DNA of 64,000 nucleotides from Candidatus Bathyarchaeia archaeon (GCA_049517415.1 JBEKSC010000001.1:96001-160000); one strand, 5' to 3'; positions 44,388-55,440 are shown, numbered from the stretch's first letter. A program made the numbers and translations. Notes: generated from the letters alone by a model not told the origin.

Positions 44388-47341
44388 GTTCGGCGCTTGA
44401 AGTATTCAACTAACTCAAGCGCTGGCATGATGCTTCCTACCAGCAAAGCTGTTAGAACAATTGCCGCACTCGCAGCCATCATCAGAACAGGTAATGTGAA
44501 TAACTCTGAAACAGCAAAGCCTGCGAATAGTGTTACGAAAGCTACGGCAATCCATTTCGCAACTCTGCGTTTTGTCTTGGCGCTGACTCTTTTTCTCTCA
44601 AGCCAAAGTACCGCCGAGAGTGGGAGGGCAAGGTATGCGACCCCGATGAGGGAACTGGCGAGTAGTCCAGCGACTAGGGCGGCTGCTTCTGGTTCAAACC
44701 CGAGCAAGGCGTAGGTGGAGGATGCGAGATGTAGGATGCCCATCAAGGGGTATAGAGATTGCTTGATCATAAACCGAGTTGTAGAATGCGTGTACTCATA
44801 CTGTGCGACTGCGGGACTGAAGGAGTAATACCACGCATTGAAAACCTGCATGAAGTTTGAGCCAGCAAACGTTTGCATTATTTGCTGGTCGCGGAAGTCC
44901 CGTAGAAACTGAACTTCAGGCGCAAGCTCGGAGCCAAACGTGGCCGTTGCGATAATGCAGGGTGATACGCGAACGCCGATGACTATTTGATGCGTTTTAG
45001 ATGGGTTGGAGCTTGTTCCAGTAATTGTTAACTGATAGGTTCCGGATGTATCTTTGAACGCAATAATCTCCATGGTCGTTGATCCAGCCTCTCCCGGGAT
45101 GAGTTGCACGTTTGCGGGCGAAAAACTAGCGCCTAAACCAATTTCTAATGGTGAGAAGGAAGCGTCGAGGTTCACGATGCCGTTGAAGGCTCCGATAGAG
45201 GTTACAGTGATCGGGATATCGTCTCGAGATCCTTGCACCAATATGACCTGGCTGACAGGCGAGGATATGTTGAAGTCTCTGAACAATGCAGTAATTACCA
45301 AAACCGGGCTCTCGGCCGGATGTTGGGGCGATCCACCGCTGGACATTCCTGTAATCGTTATTGGGTATGAGCCAGCTGGCGTATCGGCGCCAGTCTGGAT
45401 GTCAAGTTGAGAAGTAAAAGTTGGTAGCCCGCTAGGGTTGGAGAACGAAGCAGTCGCAAGAGGCGGGAGGCCAGCGTAGTTTAGGCTTACAGACTGGGAA
45501 GTTCCACTCGTGAGGGTAACCACCAAGCCGAAAGACGCTGCTCCTCCTTGCGGAATTGTCACAGTGCTGGTACTGGTCACATTGATGCTGTAGCCAAATG
45601 CTGGTGGGGGTGGCGGTGGAGCGATTTGCACTGTTAGAGTGATTGGAATAGTCTGGTTCTGGCCTCCGCTGCTAGCATGAACATTCATCGTGTAATTCCC
45701 CGTTAGCGTCGCATCCGTTGTGGCAATAGTAAGAGTCGACGCAAATGGCGGGTCTTGAGTCTGTGGGTTGAACAAGGCAGTTACGTTTTGAGGAGCATTC
45801 ACAAGCGAAAGTTGTACGGGCAGCGGGCCGCCGCTGGTCAACGCCACTTTCACATCATAGGTTGCTGTTTGTCCCTTGTTGACGATCCGCGAGGTTGGAG
45901 AGACAGAAACTTGGAAGGCATAAGGAGTGCTGAGTCGCCCTATCCTATTTACAGTAGCATTGCTTTCTGTAAACCAGAGATTATTAGCTGAGTCTAAAGC
46001 CATTTGGTCCGGTCTAGGTTCGGCTTGGGTGTTGGTTATGTTATACTCAGTAAAACCATTCACAGGACCCTGAAGTATTCCTACGTTTGAGGTTTCGAGA
46101 GGAGCTACAGTTTGCGAACTCGCCGGTGCATTAGCCGTAACTGTCGATGACAAGATGTTCGAAGTCATTGTTGCGGGAGAGGGACAGGAGGGTACTCCTA
46201 CGGGTGGTGGGATTGTGCAGTAATCCGCAGTTAGGGATATGGGAGTGAAAACATTTGTTGTGTTCAAGCTCGCAATTTTCCCCGCGTTGATTTCTGCGAA
46301 CCATATCGCACTTCGGGAAGAATCAAATGTTACGCCTGTCGGCCCTGAACCAACGGTTGGGATAACGGAGTCCATGTAGCTTGATAATGCTCCACCGGTG
46401 TCATTCCAGAGAATCGAGATCCGGTCGGCGTTAGCATCTGAGAAAATTATTGAGGGAATTGAGGTTACCGTACCGTGCGTTATGTCCGTCGGATGGAATG
46501 AAGTGCCTAGGGTGTTAAGGTTCCAGAGAGTCAGCCGATTACTGTTTGCCTCTAACCGGCCAATCATGTTACCTGTGGTTTCAGTGAACCATACGAATCG
46601 GTTGGTATATCCAACGTTCAAAGGCGTGATCACTTGAACGTAAATGCCCCAGGGTGTTAGGAGTGGCGAGCCTGGAGTTGTGGTTGCTCCTGGTAAGGTC
46701 CATTCTGTTAGGTTGTTATTGCTAGTATGGATTCTACCTATTGCGTCTCTTCCGGACTCTGTGAACCAGATATCATTGTTTTCGTCGACGTATATTCCAA
46801 CAGGGTTAGCCCCAGGCGCGAGGTGCCATTCGGTGAAGGTGTTGTTGGCTACGTTGAAACGAGCGATAGCATTCGCCGCATATTCCGTGAAGAAAACCTG
46901 AGTATAATTAACTCCTGAGATGCTGACCTCTTTGACGAACAGGTTCCGTGGCTGACTTTGCGTTGAAGGCGTGCTCCATTCAGTGAAATTTTTATTGGTG
47001 GGGTCGAAACTAGCGAGTTTACTAGTCGCGTTCTCAGTTATCCAGACTTTCCCGGCGTTGTCTATTCCGATTCCAACTGGACCGCCAGACGTTGAGGGCA
47101 CAGCCCACTCAGTAAGGCTGAATTGGGGTATGGGAGTGATTGCTGCAACGTGAAGGTCAGGCGAAAAGTTTCCCGTGTTGGCAAAAACGTTCGTAGTGTA
47201 ACTAGTTCCGGAGAACAGAACTACGACCATCAATGCGATGGCGGGGATGATTTTTCTCCTTGAATTCCCCGTTGGCCTCTTTAAGGACATCCAGGGCACT
47301 CTCTGGGCATGTTTAGGTGCGAATAAAGGTGTTTTTGCCAT
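44384..47341 (-). CDS. Large surface protein: Vgb-like beta-propeller, Ig-like repeats, CFI-box-CTERM, TM anchor
   Basis: Repeated WFTE..N.IGR blades, three Ig-like repeats, CIIATATFGSELAPEVQFLRDFRD...WYYSFSP, C-terminal TM segments. Confidence 0.85.
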   Translation of the reverse strand: MAKTPLFAPKHAQRVPWMSLKRPTGNSRRKIIPAIALMVVVLFSGTSYTTNVFANTGNFSPDLHVAAITPIPQFSLTEWAVPSTSGGPVGIGIDNAGKVWITENATSKLASFDPTNKNFTEWSTPSTQSQPRNLFVKEVSISGVNYTQVFFTEYAANAIARFNVANNTFTEWHLAPGANPVGIYVDENNDIWFTESGRDAIGRIHTSNNNLTEWTLPGATTTPGSPLLTPWGIYVQVITPLNVGYTNRFVWFTETTGNMIGRLEANSNRLTLWNLNTLGTSFHPTDITHGTVTSIPSIIFSDANADRISILWNDTGGALSSYMDSVIPTVGSGPTGVTFDSSRSAIWFAEINAGKIASLNTTNVFTPISLTADYCTIPPPVGVPSCPSPATMTSNILSSTVTANAPASSQTVAPLETSNVGILQGPVNGFTEYNITNTQAEPRPDQMALDSANNLWFTESNATVNRIGRLSTPYAFQVSVSPTSRIVNKGQTATYDVKVALTSGGPLPVQLSLVNAPQNVTALFNPQTQDPPFASTLTIATTDATLTGNYTMNVHASSGGQNQTIPITLTVQIAPPPPPPAFGYSINVTSTSTVTIPQGGAASFGLVVTLTSGTSQSVSLNYAGLPPLATASFSNPSGLPTFTSQLDIQTGADTPAGSYPITITGMSSGGSPQHPAESPVLVITALFRDFNISSPVSQVILVQGSRDDIPITVTSIGAFNGIVNLDASFSPLEIGLGASFSPANVQLIPGEAGSTTMEIIAFKDTSGTYQLTITGTSSNPSKTHQIVIGVRVSPCIIATATFGSELAPEVQFLRDFRDQQIMQTFAGSNFMQVFNAWYYSFSPAVAQYEYTHSTTRFMIKQSLYPLMGILHLASSTYALLGFEPEAAALVAGLLASSLIGVAYLALPLSAVLWLERKRVSAKTKRRVAKWIAVAFVTLFAGFAVSELFTLPVLMMAASAAIVLTALLVGSIMPALELVEYFKRRT

Positions 47342-47457
47342 CTATGGAGATTCCAAGTAGATATGAAGCAAACAATAGCCTCTATGGAATGGAAAGCAAG
47401 CAACCCTAAATCAAGTTTGACGAAAGCCAGGGCGTCATAGAATAGCCAGAAACTCTG

Positions 47458-47799
47458 CTAAGCGGGACGTTTCTTCTCCTTCTTTTCATCCTTGTTTTCC
47501 AAAACTCGGCCGCATTTGGCGCAGAATTTTGCTTCGACCAAGTTCTTGTGCTTACACACAGGGCAAATGACTGACGGCGCAACCACTAACGCAGACTTGG
47601 CTTTCACGAAGACAACATCGCCTATCTTTTCTATGTCGTCGAAGGAAAGAAACGATTCTTCCTCCTCCCCTAACTCAATAACCAACGCTAACCTGCCATC
47701 AGATGACCATGCGAAATCTTTCGTAACACCCAATTTCTTAGCTTCGCTATCGACTACTTCTTTGCCTATGACTTCTTCCCGCCTTCGCCATTGCACCAA
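47458..47799 (-). CDS. PRC-barrel plus zinc-ribbon protein
   Basis: IGKEVVDSEAKKLGV...IEKIGDVVFV plus CPVC...FCAKCG. Confidence 0.85.
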   Translation of the reverse strand: MVQWRRREEVIGKEVVDSEAKKLGVTKDFAWSSDGRLALVIELGEEEESFLSFDDIEKIGDVVFVKAKSALVVAPSVICPVCKHKNLVEAKFCAKCGRVLENKDEKKEKKRPA

Positions 47800-47889
47800 A
47801 GCTAAAGCCTCATCCGCGTTTTGTTAGTGGACTGCTTGAGTATTTAGCATTGTGCAGCTCAATGCGCACATAGTACCATCTCAAGCTGG

Positions 47890-48984
47890 ATGGGCTGGAC
47901 TTTGAAGGAACAAGATGGGATACTTTTACCCTTGAGCGTGGCAGAAAAAGGACTCCGACTATTGCGAGAGCTTGAGCTCCTTGATAACACACGCCAATTT
48001 CTTCGGACAGATAGGGCCATCCACGTGCCCCTTCTCCGTGAGTTGACAGAAAACGAAGATCGACTAATGAAAGTGCAAGTTGGTGACTTTAGAAGGCAAC
48101 GCGGCTTTTTCGGAGAAATCCAGAGGAAACCAAGAAGGCTTGACGAATATCTTCGAGGTAAAATTCCGGATGAATTGATATCAAGATTGCCTCGGTCTTT
48201 CGACTCGATTGGCGATATTGCCGTCATCGAGTTACCCGAAAGTATGGAAAAGTTCTCAGCAGTTATTGGACGAGGAATCATAGTAACAAACCCCCACATT
48301 CGACTCACGTTAAGAATATCTAGCCAAGTTGAGGGCCCATTCAGGACTCGAAAGTTCGAAGTCATGGCAGGGGTTGGCGGGACTGAAACATTCTATCGTG
48401 AGTTTTCATGCCGGTACCATCTCGACGTCTCAATGGTCTACTTTAGCCCAAGGCTTTCCCGTGAGCGAATGCGAATCGCTCAACAGGTTATGCCTGATGA
48501 GCTTGTTGTCGACATGTTTGCTGGCGTGGGCCCATACTCCATACTGATCGCGAAACTCCAACCAAAGTCCACTGTCTATTCTGTGGACATCAATCCAGCC
48601 GCTGTAAAGTATCTTAGGGAGAACGCCTTGGCGAACGGCGTTGCCGACCGGCTAATTCCAATGCACGACGACGTGAAGGAACTAGCCGGAAGAGACTTAC
48701 GCGGACTGGCTAACCGCGTCATTATGAATCTTCCTTCTGAAGCTGTGAATTACCTTCCTGCTGCTTCTCAGATCCTCAAGGACGAGGGCGGTATGGTTCA
48801 CTTCTACGCGTTCGCACAGCGAAAAGAAAGCATCGATTCGGTCCTTAGCTCATTCCGATTGACTATGGAAGGACAGAATAGGCGGATAAAATCGGTGCCT
48901 TTCTGTAAGGTGATAAAAGAAGTTGCACCAAACCGAGTTCAGGTGGCAATCGACGCGCTCTTGGGCGCTAGAGCTCCACGATGA
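47890..48984 (+). CDS. trm5: tRNA m1G37 methyltransferase (Trm5 family)
   Basis: SFDSIGDIA, YFSPRLSRER, DMFAGVGP, DINP, MNLP. Confidence 0.88.
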   Translation: MGWTLKEQDGILLPLSVAEKGLRLLRELELLDNTRQFLRTDRAIHVPLLRELTENEDRLMKVQVGDFRRQRGFFGEIQRKPRRLDEYLRGKIPDELISRLPRSFDSIGDIAVIELPESMEKFSAVIGRGIIVTNPHIRLTLRISSQVEGPFRTRKFEVMAGVGGTETFYREFSCRYHLDVSMVYFSPRLSRERMRIAQQVMPDELVVDMFAGVGPYSILIAKLQPKSTVYSVDINPAAVKYLRENALANGVADRLIPMHDDVKELAGRDLRGLANRVIMNLPSEAVNYLPAASQILKDEGGMVHFYAFAQRKESIDSVLSSFRLTMEGQNRRIKSVPFCKVIKEVAPNRVQVAIDALLGARAPR

Positions 48985-49402
48985 TTCGTACCAACAATCT
49001 TGTATCCGAATGAGTCAGAGCATCGATAAGTTCCCGGTCAAGGTCGTTTGCAGCTTTATCAGCTCTAAGCATAATGGTGCGACTCGAAACATAAGATGAC
49101 TTTCTACCAACTGACTCGGTTTGATGGGTGAATGAAAGTTTGGGGCTACCGCTTCCTTCGATGGAGTCAGTGATTCCGGCAGCTTCAAGTTCGACTCGTA
49201 TTGTGGATTCATCGTGTTTACACAGCTCCTGGAAATTATATGATAAGTCGAGTGGGCCCTTGTTAGCGTTGACACCGATAATACAATCCCCGCGTCGTGT
49301 TAGCTCCGTGTGTTTGGTGATTTCGAACGTAGTTCGGTGCGTAGCCACTACGTTTGGATGACCTTGCGCAGAAAGTACCTCAACACTTCTCAAAGGGGCC
49401 AA
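48968..49402 (-). CDS. DUF371 protein
   Basis: GHPNVVATHRTTFEITK...RGDCIIGV...RKS...ADKAA.DL. Confidence 0.9.
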   Translation of the reverse strand: MAPLRSVEVLSAQGHPNVVATHRTTFEITKHTELTRRGDCIIGVNANKGPLDLSYNFQELCKHDESTIRVELEAAGITDSIEGSGSPKLSFTHQTESVGRKSSYVSSRTIMLRADKAANDLDRELIDALTHSDTRLLVRIIVEL

Positions 49403-49467
49403 AGAACGAATGGAATCAATCCTTTGAATCTTTATTGGCTCGATCCGGTGGTTACGACCCGAAAGAA

Positions 49468-50151
49468 TTGACGGACTTCGCCGAGTTAAGGCGCCAAGCT
49501 GTTGACGACCTCATGCATGAGGGGATTCTCCGGAACCGGGAAATAATTAGGGCAATGAGCAAGGTTCCACGCGAGGAATTCCTACCCCATGAGGTTAGGT
49601 CATATGCCTACACAGATTCTCCTATCCCCATTGGATACGGCCAAACGACAAGCGCCCTCCACATGACCGCCCTATTTTGCGAATTTGGCGAAATGAGATT
49701 AGGCCAGCGTGTCTTGGAGGTTGGGGGCGGCTGCGGCTACATGAGCTGCGTTTACGCCGAAGTGGTCGCACCTTCAGAACAACCGAAGGAGACATGGGGT
49801 CATGTGTGGTCGGCGGAGATCGTGCCACAGTTGGCAGAGTTTGGGAAGAGAAATGTTGAACGGCTTGGATACGCTACTCGAGTGACCTTCATAGAAACAG
49901 ATGCCTCGGGAGGTTTGAAAGGCCAAGCACCGTTCGACCTAATCATAGTAACTAGTGCAGCCCCTGAGATCCCGTCCGAACTCACAGATCAAGTTAAACC
50001 CGGGGGCACTCTTCTCATCCCCGTGGGCGGGCCTCAGTTGTACCAAGAACTAATGAGGATAAGGAAAAACAAGAACGGCGGCCTTTCTCGTGAAAGCATG
50101 GGAGGAGTTGCCTTCGTGCCTATGAGGGGAAGGCGAGGCTGGAATAGGTAG
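49468..50151 (+). CDS. pcm: Protein-L-isoaspartate O-methyltransferase
   Basis: VPREEF, AY.D.P.PIGYGQT, LEVGGGCGY, APFD, FVPM; likely TTG start at 49468. Confidence 0.92.
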   Translation: MTDFAELRRQAVDDLMHEGILRNREIIRAMSKVPREEFLPHEVRSYAYTDSPIPIGYGQTTSALHMTALFCEFGEMRLGQRVLEVGGGCGYMSCVYAEVVAPSEQPKETWGHVWSAEIVPQLAEFGKRNVERLGYATRVTFIETDASGGLKGQAPFDLIIVTSAAPEIPSELTDQVKPGGTLLIPVGGPQLYQELMRIRKNKNGGLSRESMGGVAFVPMRGRRGWNR

Positions 50152-50184
50152 ATAGATCCGCATTTCGCCGACATGAACACTTGA

Positions 50185-51219
50185 CTAACCGAAGTAAGAA
50201 TCGAGTGTCGTTTTCGGAGAGGGAAGCGTAGCAACTGTGATCATTCTTGACACAGCTTTTCGCACCCGGTCCTCGGAAAAATCACATTCACCGCATAGGA
50301 ATGATACTACCTTCTCTTCATCAGGTCTCGACCATTTTAGCAAGTAGTCAGGGGTTACGTCCGGTTGTAGGAATATCTTTCGTATGCTTTCGGGAGTAGG
50401 GTAGATCTTTACTTCAGGGTTGTTAGCCATCACTTTTTCGAGATTACCGTGCTCGCGGATCAGTTTCACGGCGGTCTTAGGACCGATACCCTTGACACCA
50501 TCTGGATCGAAATCAGTTCCAATCAGTATGCCCACGTCGACAAGTTGCTCTCTTGTTAGAGCGAGTTCCTCGAGTACTTTTGCCAATTCAATTATTTTGG
50601 GTTCGACCTCAACGTAGGCATCCCTGCGTGGCAGTTTTCTGCGTCCCGTGATAGCAAGGTTCTTCACCATTCTTGGCGCCCCAAAGAGTAGTGAGTCGTG
50701 GTCCTGAGATGCAACCGCCCAGACATCTCCACGGGACGCTATGAATGATGCTTGGGCTTCTCCCTCTGAGGGGGCCTGAATCCAAGCAACGCCTAGGGCG
50801 TCGAGAAGTTTCTTGGCGTCGTCGACCATATCATCTTTCAGCCGTGAGGTTGCTTGGGCGTATGTTCTCGCCTTTTCCATCCTTCCTTCTTTCAGTGCCC
50901 GTTCGTAGCGCACCACCGCTTCCTCTTTCACCTGCCGTCGCCGACGGATTTCCTCTTCCTTCAGTTCCGGCGGTTTCCCATCAAACACGAAGACAAGCTT
51001 GATGCCTTTCTCGGCAAGGTTTGCAGTCCTATACAATAAACCACTGAGATGGCTTGTAATTCTCCCATGACGGTCCTTAAGTGGCGTTCCGTCTGGCTGT
51101 CGAATTATAGCCAGGAACTGGAATAGCGCGTTGTATGCGTCCACCGCTAATGTCTTATTCGATAAACTGTCGAGAGAAGTTGCCTGCTCTGGTATGATGT
51201 CCGCTAGGTCAACACCCAA
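50185..51219 (-). CDS. fen: Flap endonuclease 1
   Basis: MGVDL, DAYNALFQFL, APSEGEAQ, SQDHD, GTDF, C-terminal PIP box KTTLDSYF. Confidence 0.97.
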   Translation of the reverse strand: MGVDLADIIPEQATSLDSLSNKTLAVDAYNALFQFLAIIRQPDGTPLKDRHGRITSHLSGLLYRTANLAEKGIKLVFVFDGKPPELKEEEIRRRRQVKEEAVVRYERALKEGRMEKARTYAQATSRLKDDMVDDAKKLLDALGVAWIQAPSEGEAQASFIASRGDVWAVASQDHDSLLFGAPRMVKNLAITGRRKLPRRDAYVEVEPKIIELAKVLEELALTREQLVDVGILIGTDFDPDGVKGIGPKTAVKLIREHGNLEKVMANNPEVKIYPTPESIRKIFLQPDVTPDYLLKWSRPDEEKVVSFLCGECDFSEDRVRKAVSRMITVATLPSPKTTLDSYFG

Positions 51220-51314
51220 GGCTTATCCCTACCTCCCCCAGCATTTAGTTGTACTTGCTCCCTACAAGATTTGTGTGGAGAGTCGCTAGGGGTAATTGAG
51301 GTTAAGAATTGCAT

Positions 51315-51476
51315 CTAGCAGTCGTGGCCGTCCCTGACCTTGACGACAATTTCGCGAAGCTCTCCTCTAATGTAGACTTTGACAATGGCCCATTTACCAT
51401 GAACGAAGTGCTGCTCTAACAGTTCTAACCTACGGACTTCTGATTCAAGTCGCATTGGGCCGTTTGCGCCTTGCAT
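51315..51476 (-). CDS. Putative 53-aa hypothetical protein
   Basis: Manual ORF MQGANGPMRLESEVRRLELLEQHFVHGKWAIVKVYIRGELREIVVKVRDGHDC fills the gap co-directionally. Confidence 0.3.
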   Translation of the reverse strand: MQGANGPMRLESEVRRLELLEQHFVHGKWAIVKVYIRGELREIVVKVRDGHDC

Positions 51477-51571
51477 AAAGACGCCTGCCGAAGCTAGATT
51501 AGCCGTTTAGACTTCCACAAGGCAACCTGGGAATTTGTCTCCGAAGGTAGGTGCACTATTGTGGTTGGCTT

Positions 51572-52030
51572 TCACGTGTCTGCGAAAGCTTCATGAATCG
51601 AGTTTGCAGGCTCTTCCCTCACTGATTCTGGTTCCGTTTCAGTTTCAGTTTCTGCTTCACGGCCAGCTATTGCGTAGGACTCTGACAGAGCCTGGGAAGC
51701 GAATAGGTTGACCAGTGTGTTTGGGCTCGCCTCACCGCTCAGTCGGCCGACCCTGCCTTTCAGGTGCCGCCACTTCAATTGGGTTCGGCCGCTCTTGGAG
51801 TTGTAAATTATTCCCAATACATTTGACACCCTAGTGAACCTGATCTCGCGTATTTGTTGAAGAGTCTCCTTATCTTCGGCCTCAACATACATGGTCCCTT
51901 TTTCCGAGGATCTTTCGGGGTATATGGTCTCGTCTTCGTCCATGTCTAGTGGAATGTAGGATTGGCAGGTGCTCATGATCATGAAACGGCGGAAACGATC
52001 GAGATCGCAAACTGAATCTATTTTGACCAA
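51572..52030 (-). CDS. Conserved hypothetical protein
   Basis: Clean 152-aa ORF with globular composition and an acidic tail. Confidence 0.7.
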   Translation of the reverse strand: MVKIDSVCDLDRFRRFMIMSTCQSYIPLDMDEDETIYPERSSEKGTMYVEAEDKETLQQIREIRFTRVSNVLGIIYNSKSGRTQLKWRHLKGRVGRLSGEASPNTLVNLFASQALSESYAIAGREAETETETEPESVREEPANSIHEAFADT

Positions 52031-52211
52031 CGTTGTGTCCCTAGCGTAAGCTGGAATAGGCTACTGGAAGTGTTACCAAGCTGCTGTTTGAATTTGTCGG
52101 TTCTTCCAATCGTTGACGTCAAACCCGGCCTTGACCCAATACGTTGCGTGAAGTTAGCAATCAATTTATAACCTTCAGAGCTGTGCGTGTGGGAACCCGA
52201 AGTGCGATTAG

Positions 52212-52415
52212 ATGAGCGCTACTGCCACGATGTCCAGCGAAAAAGGTATTCGCATGCCCACGTGTACGTGGTGCGCGCGAACCATCCTCCCAGGCGAAGG
52301 GGCTGTAAAGTTTCCATGTCCCAGTTGCGGCGAAGTGACCATCTGGCGGTGTGAGAAATGCCGAATGTTCGGCCGACCTTACCGTTGCGTTAAATGCGGC
52401 TTCACCGGCCCATGA
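52212..52415 (+). CDS. Zn-ribbon RNA-binding protein (DUF1610/HVO_2753-like)
   Basis: Four CxxC motifs ending CGFTGP; conserved position before ef1b. Confidence 0.92.
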   Translation: MSATATMSSEKGIRMPTCTWCARTILPGEGAVKFPCPSCGEVTIWRCEKCRMFGRPYRCVKCGFTGP

Positions 52416-52438
52416 GAATTTTTGCTAGTTGAGAGCTC

Positions 52439-52708
52439 ATGGCTAAGGTACTTGCATCAATCAAGATCTTTCCATCGGATGCAAATATTGACCTAGGCGG
52501 CTTGAAGGCCAAGATTCAAGCGTCTCTACCGGCTGGTTCTACCGTTCAGAGATTCGAGGAAGAGCCTATCGCTTTTGGCTTAGTCGCATTGATTGCGCAT
52601 GTTCTACTTCCGGAGGACGTTGAGGGGAAAATGGATGAGGTCGAAGAAGCTATACGTTCGGTGGAATTGGTGAGCGAGATACAGGTCCAACGCGTCGTTC
52701 GCTACTGA
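52439..52708 (+). CDS. ef1b: Elongation factor 1-beta
   Basis: KIFP...EEPIAFGLVAL. Confidence 0.96.
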   Translation: MAKVLASIKIFPSDANIDLGGLKAKIQASLPAGSTVQRFEEEPIAFGLVALIAHVLLPEDVEGKMDEVEEAIRSVELVSEIQVQRVVRY

Positions 52709-52712
52709 AACT

Positions 52713-52761
52713 GTTACTGTAAGTAACGTTTATATCCGCAGATTGTTACCATACGTAACAA
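52713..52761. promoter_or_regulatory. cdc48 promoter: TATA box flanked by two GTTAC-N5-GTAAC palindromes
   Basis: GTTAC tgtaa GTAAC (52713-27), TTTATAT (52729-35), TTGTTAC catac GTAACAA (52743-61). Confidence 0.6.
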
Positions 52762-52919
52762 AATCTTGGTGGATCCCAACATGAATGAATCTGCACGCCA
52801 GACCATCTTGCCGACTAATGTGATGGTAGAGGATGGATATTACACAAGGGATTTTAGTATCAAGAATCAAGGTCTGACCAGCACGACTCGCACTGGAATC
52901 CTATTGAAGGTGTCAAACT

Positions 52920-55100
52920 ATGAGCAGTAAAGAATCTTCGTTGAGAGTTGCCGATGCCAGACAACGTGATGTTGGTCATGGCAAGGTCCGAATAGACAAC
53001 GATACGATGCAGAAACTTGGCATTACAGCCGGTGACTTCGTCGAGATACATGGTAAGAAGATGACCGTCGCCGTAGCATGGCCAGCCTACGCCGAAGACC
53101 AAGGCCAGGAAATCATTAGAATGGACGGTTTGATTCGAAGAAACGCCGGTGTAGCCCTCAATGAATACGTTAGCGTTAGAAAGGCGGACGTGAAAGACGC
53201 TCAAGCCATAATCTTCGCGCCGACCGATGTCAGACTGAGCGTGGATGAAGAGTTCGTCAGCTTCGTAAAACGCCGATTCATGGATATGCCCTTTATCGAA
53301 GGCGACATGACGCTACTGTCAATATTCGGTAGCGCCGTCCCACTAATTGTTACTAGGACAAGGCCGCATGGCGCCGTAAAGATTACTGAAACAGCTCACG
53401 TGCAAGTACTTAGCGAACCGACACCCGAGAAGAAAGGGATTCCAATCGTCACCTATGAAGACATAGGCGGTCTACACGAGGAGATTCAACGCATCCGTGA
53501 AATGGTAGAACTTCCGCTGAGGCACCCTGAGCTCTTCCAACGGTTAGGCATCGAGCCACCTCGTGGGGTTTTCCTATACGGCCCTCCGGGATGCGGTAAA
53601 ACCTTGCTAGCCAAGGCCGTCGCTAACGAATCCGACGCCAATTTTTATGTAATCTCCGGACCGGAGATTATGTCGAAGTTCTACGGCGAATCAGAAGCGA
53701 GGTTGCGGGAAATCTTCCAGAAAGCCCAAGAAACGTCGCCAAGCATCATTTTCATAGATGAAATGGATGCCATAGCACCCAAGCGCGAAGAAGTCACTGG
53801 AGAAGTTGAACGTCGAGTCGTCGCACAACTGCTCTCACTAATGGACGGTATGGGTTCTCGAGGGAACATCATTGTTATTGGAGCCACAAACCGACCTAAC
53901 GCAATAGATCCAGCTCTCCGCAGGCCGGGAAGATTCGACCGTGAAATAGAAATTGGCGTCCCTGATAAAGCAGGACGCTATGAGGTTCTACAGATTCACA
54001 CACGTAATATGCCGTTAGCAGAAGATGTAGACTTGAAGCGGCTGTCTGATGTCACCCACGGGTACACGGGAGCCGACATGGCTTCCCTCTGTCGGGAAGC
54101 AGCAATGAAAGCGCTGAGGCGATACATACCTGAGTTCAACCTTGAGGAGGAACGGATACCGCCTGAAATCTTGGAGAAAATGACAGTCAAGATGGACGAC
54201 TTCCTCTCGGCGTACAGGGAGATAACACCGACCGCTATGCGTGAGGTGTACGTAGAAGTCCCGCAGGTTCACTGGAATGAAGTCGGCGGCTTGGATCAGG
54301 TTAAGCAGGAACTGATGGAGTCAGTCGAGTGGCCTCTCAAGAAGCCAGAAGTGTTCAAGAAAATGGGCATCAAACCTCCGCGTGGAATCTTACTTTACGG
54401 GCCCCCCGGATGCGGAAAGACACTCTTGGCAAGGGCAGTGGCTACGGAAAGCGAAGCGAACTTCATCTCCATAAAGGGTCCCGAAATATTCTCGAAATGG
54501 GTAGGCGAATCGGAGAAAGCAATTCGCGAGGTCTTTAGGAAAGGCCGGACCGCAGCACCCGCTATAATCTTCTTCGACGAACTCGACGCAATAGTGCCAA
54601 GACGCGGCTTAGGTTACGCTGACTCGGGTGCTAGTGAACGCGTCATCAGCCAACTGCTGACTGAAATCGACGGCATCGAAACCCTCCAAAACGTGCTAGT
54701 GATAGCTGCGACGAACCGGCCGGACATGCTAGACCCAGCTGTCATGAGACCGGGCAGGTTCGACCGATTAATCTACGTGCCCTCGCCAGACTTCGACTCT
54801 CTGAAGGAAATCTTCAAAATTCATACAACTGGAATGCCGTTGTCTAGAGACGTGGTGCTTGACGAGTTGGCCAGGAAAGCCCAAGGATATTCCGGCGCGG
54901 ACATTGAAGGTATCTGCCGGGAGGCCGCCATGAACGCATTGAGGGAGGACATTGAGTGCACGGAGGTTTCAAGGCGCGACTTTGATGTTGCGATGGAGAG
55001 GGTCGGCCCAAGCATAACCGCGGAAGACGACGCGTGGTACCAGAAGTTCTCGAAGCGACTTAGAAGAGAGCGAGCATCAGCCCCCACACCAGTCGCGTAA
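52920..55100 (+). CDS. cdc48: Cdc48/VCP AAA+ ATPase
   Basis: N-domain plus two GPPGCGKT modules and RPGRFDR arginine fingers. Confidence 0.97.
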   Translation: MSSKESSLRVADARQRDVGHGKVRIDNDTMQKLGITAGDFVEIHGKKMTVAVAWPAYAEDQGQEIIRMDGLIRRNAGVALNEYVSVRKADVKDAQAIIFAPTDVRLSVDEEFVSFVKRRFMDMPFIEGDMTLLSIFGSAVPLIVTRTRPHGAVKITETAHVQVLSEPTPEKKGIPIVTYEDIGGLHEEIQRIREMVELPLRHPELFQRLGIEPPRGVFLYGPPGCGKTLLAKAVANESDANFYVISGPEIMSKFYGESEARLREIFQKAQETSPSIIFIDEMDAIAPKREEVTGEVERRVVAQLLSLMDGMGSRGNIIVIGATNRPNAIDPALRRPGRFDREIEIGVPDKAGRYEVLQIHTRNMPLAEDVDLKRLSDVTHGYTGADMASLCREAAMKALRRYIPEFNLEEERIPPEILEKMTVKMDDFLSAYREITPTAMREVYVEVPQVHWNEVGGLDQVKQELMESVEWPLKKPEVFKKMGIKPPRGILLYGPPGCGKTLLARAVATESEANFISIKGPEIFSKWVGESEKAIREVFRKGRTAAPAIIFFDELDAIVPRRGLGYADSGASERVISQLLTEIDGIETLQNVLVIAATNRPDMLDPAVMRPGRFDRLIYVPSPDFDSLKEIFKIHTTGMPLSRDVVLDELARKAQGYSGADIEGICREAAMNALREDIECTEVSRRDFDVAMERVGPSITAEDDAWYQKFSKRLRRERASAPTPVA

Positions 55101-55127
55101 AGCAAGGAAACTGACAGTGCAAAATCC

Positions 55128-55367
55128 TTGGAAAAAGTTTGGGGCCCCCGCCCTCTACAACTCCTAGTACTAGACGTCATAACACGAAAAGGCGCATTGA
55201 CGGACGACGAATTGCTTCGAGAGATCCGGAACGGCAAAGAGGACCTCAGCTTTCGCGAGCTGAATCGAATCCTCTTGAAACTGGAAGTTACCGGAATGGT
55301 AAGGGTTTCTCGGCAAACGAAGGGCAAACGGCGAGTAGAATTAGCGGAACCACAGTCACAAGCCTAA
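55128..55367 (+). CDS. Small winged-helix protein
   Basis: LTDDELL...SFRELNRILLKLEVTGMVRV wHTH pattern. Confidence 0.75.
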   Translation: MEKVWGPRPLQLLVLDVITRKGALTDDELLREIRNGKEDLSFRELNRILLKLEVTGMVRVSRQTKGKRRVELAEPQSQA

Positions 55368-55440
55368 CTGCTTCCATCAAGTTCATCTCTTTGCCCCTCC
55401 TGAACCGTGCAGTGGCACGGCATCGCTGTGAAAAAGAAAC

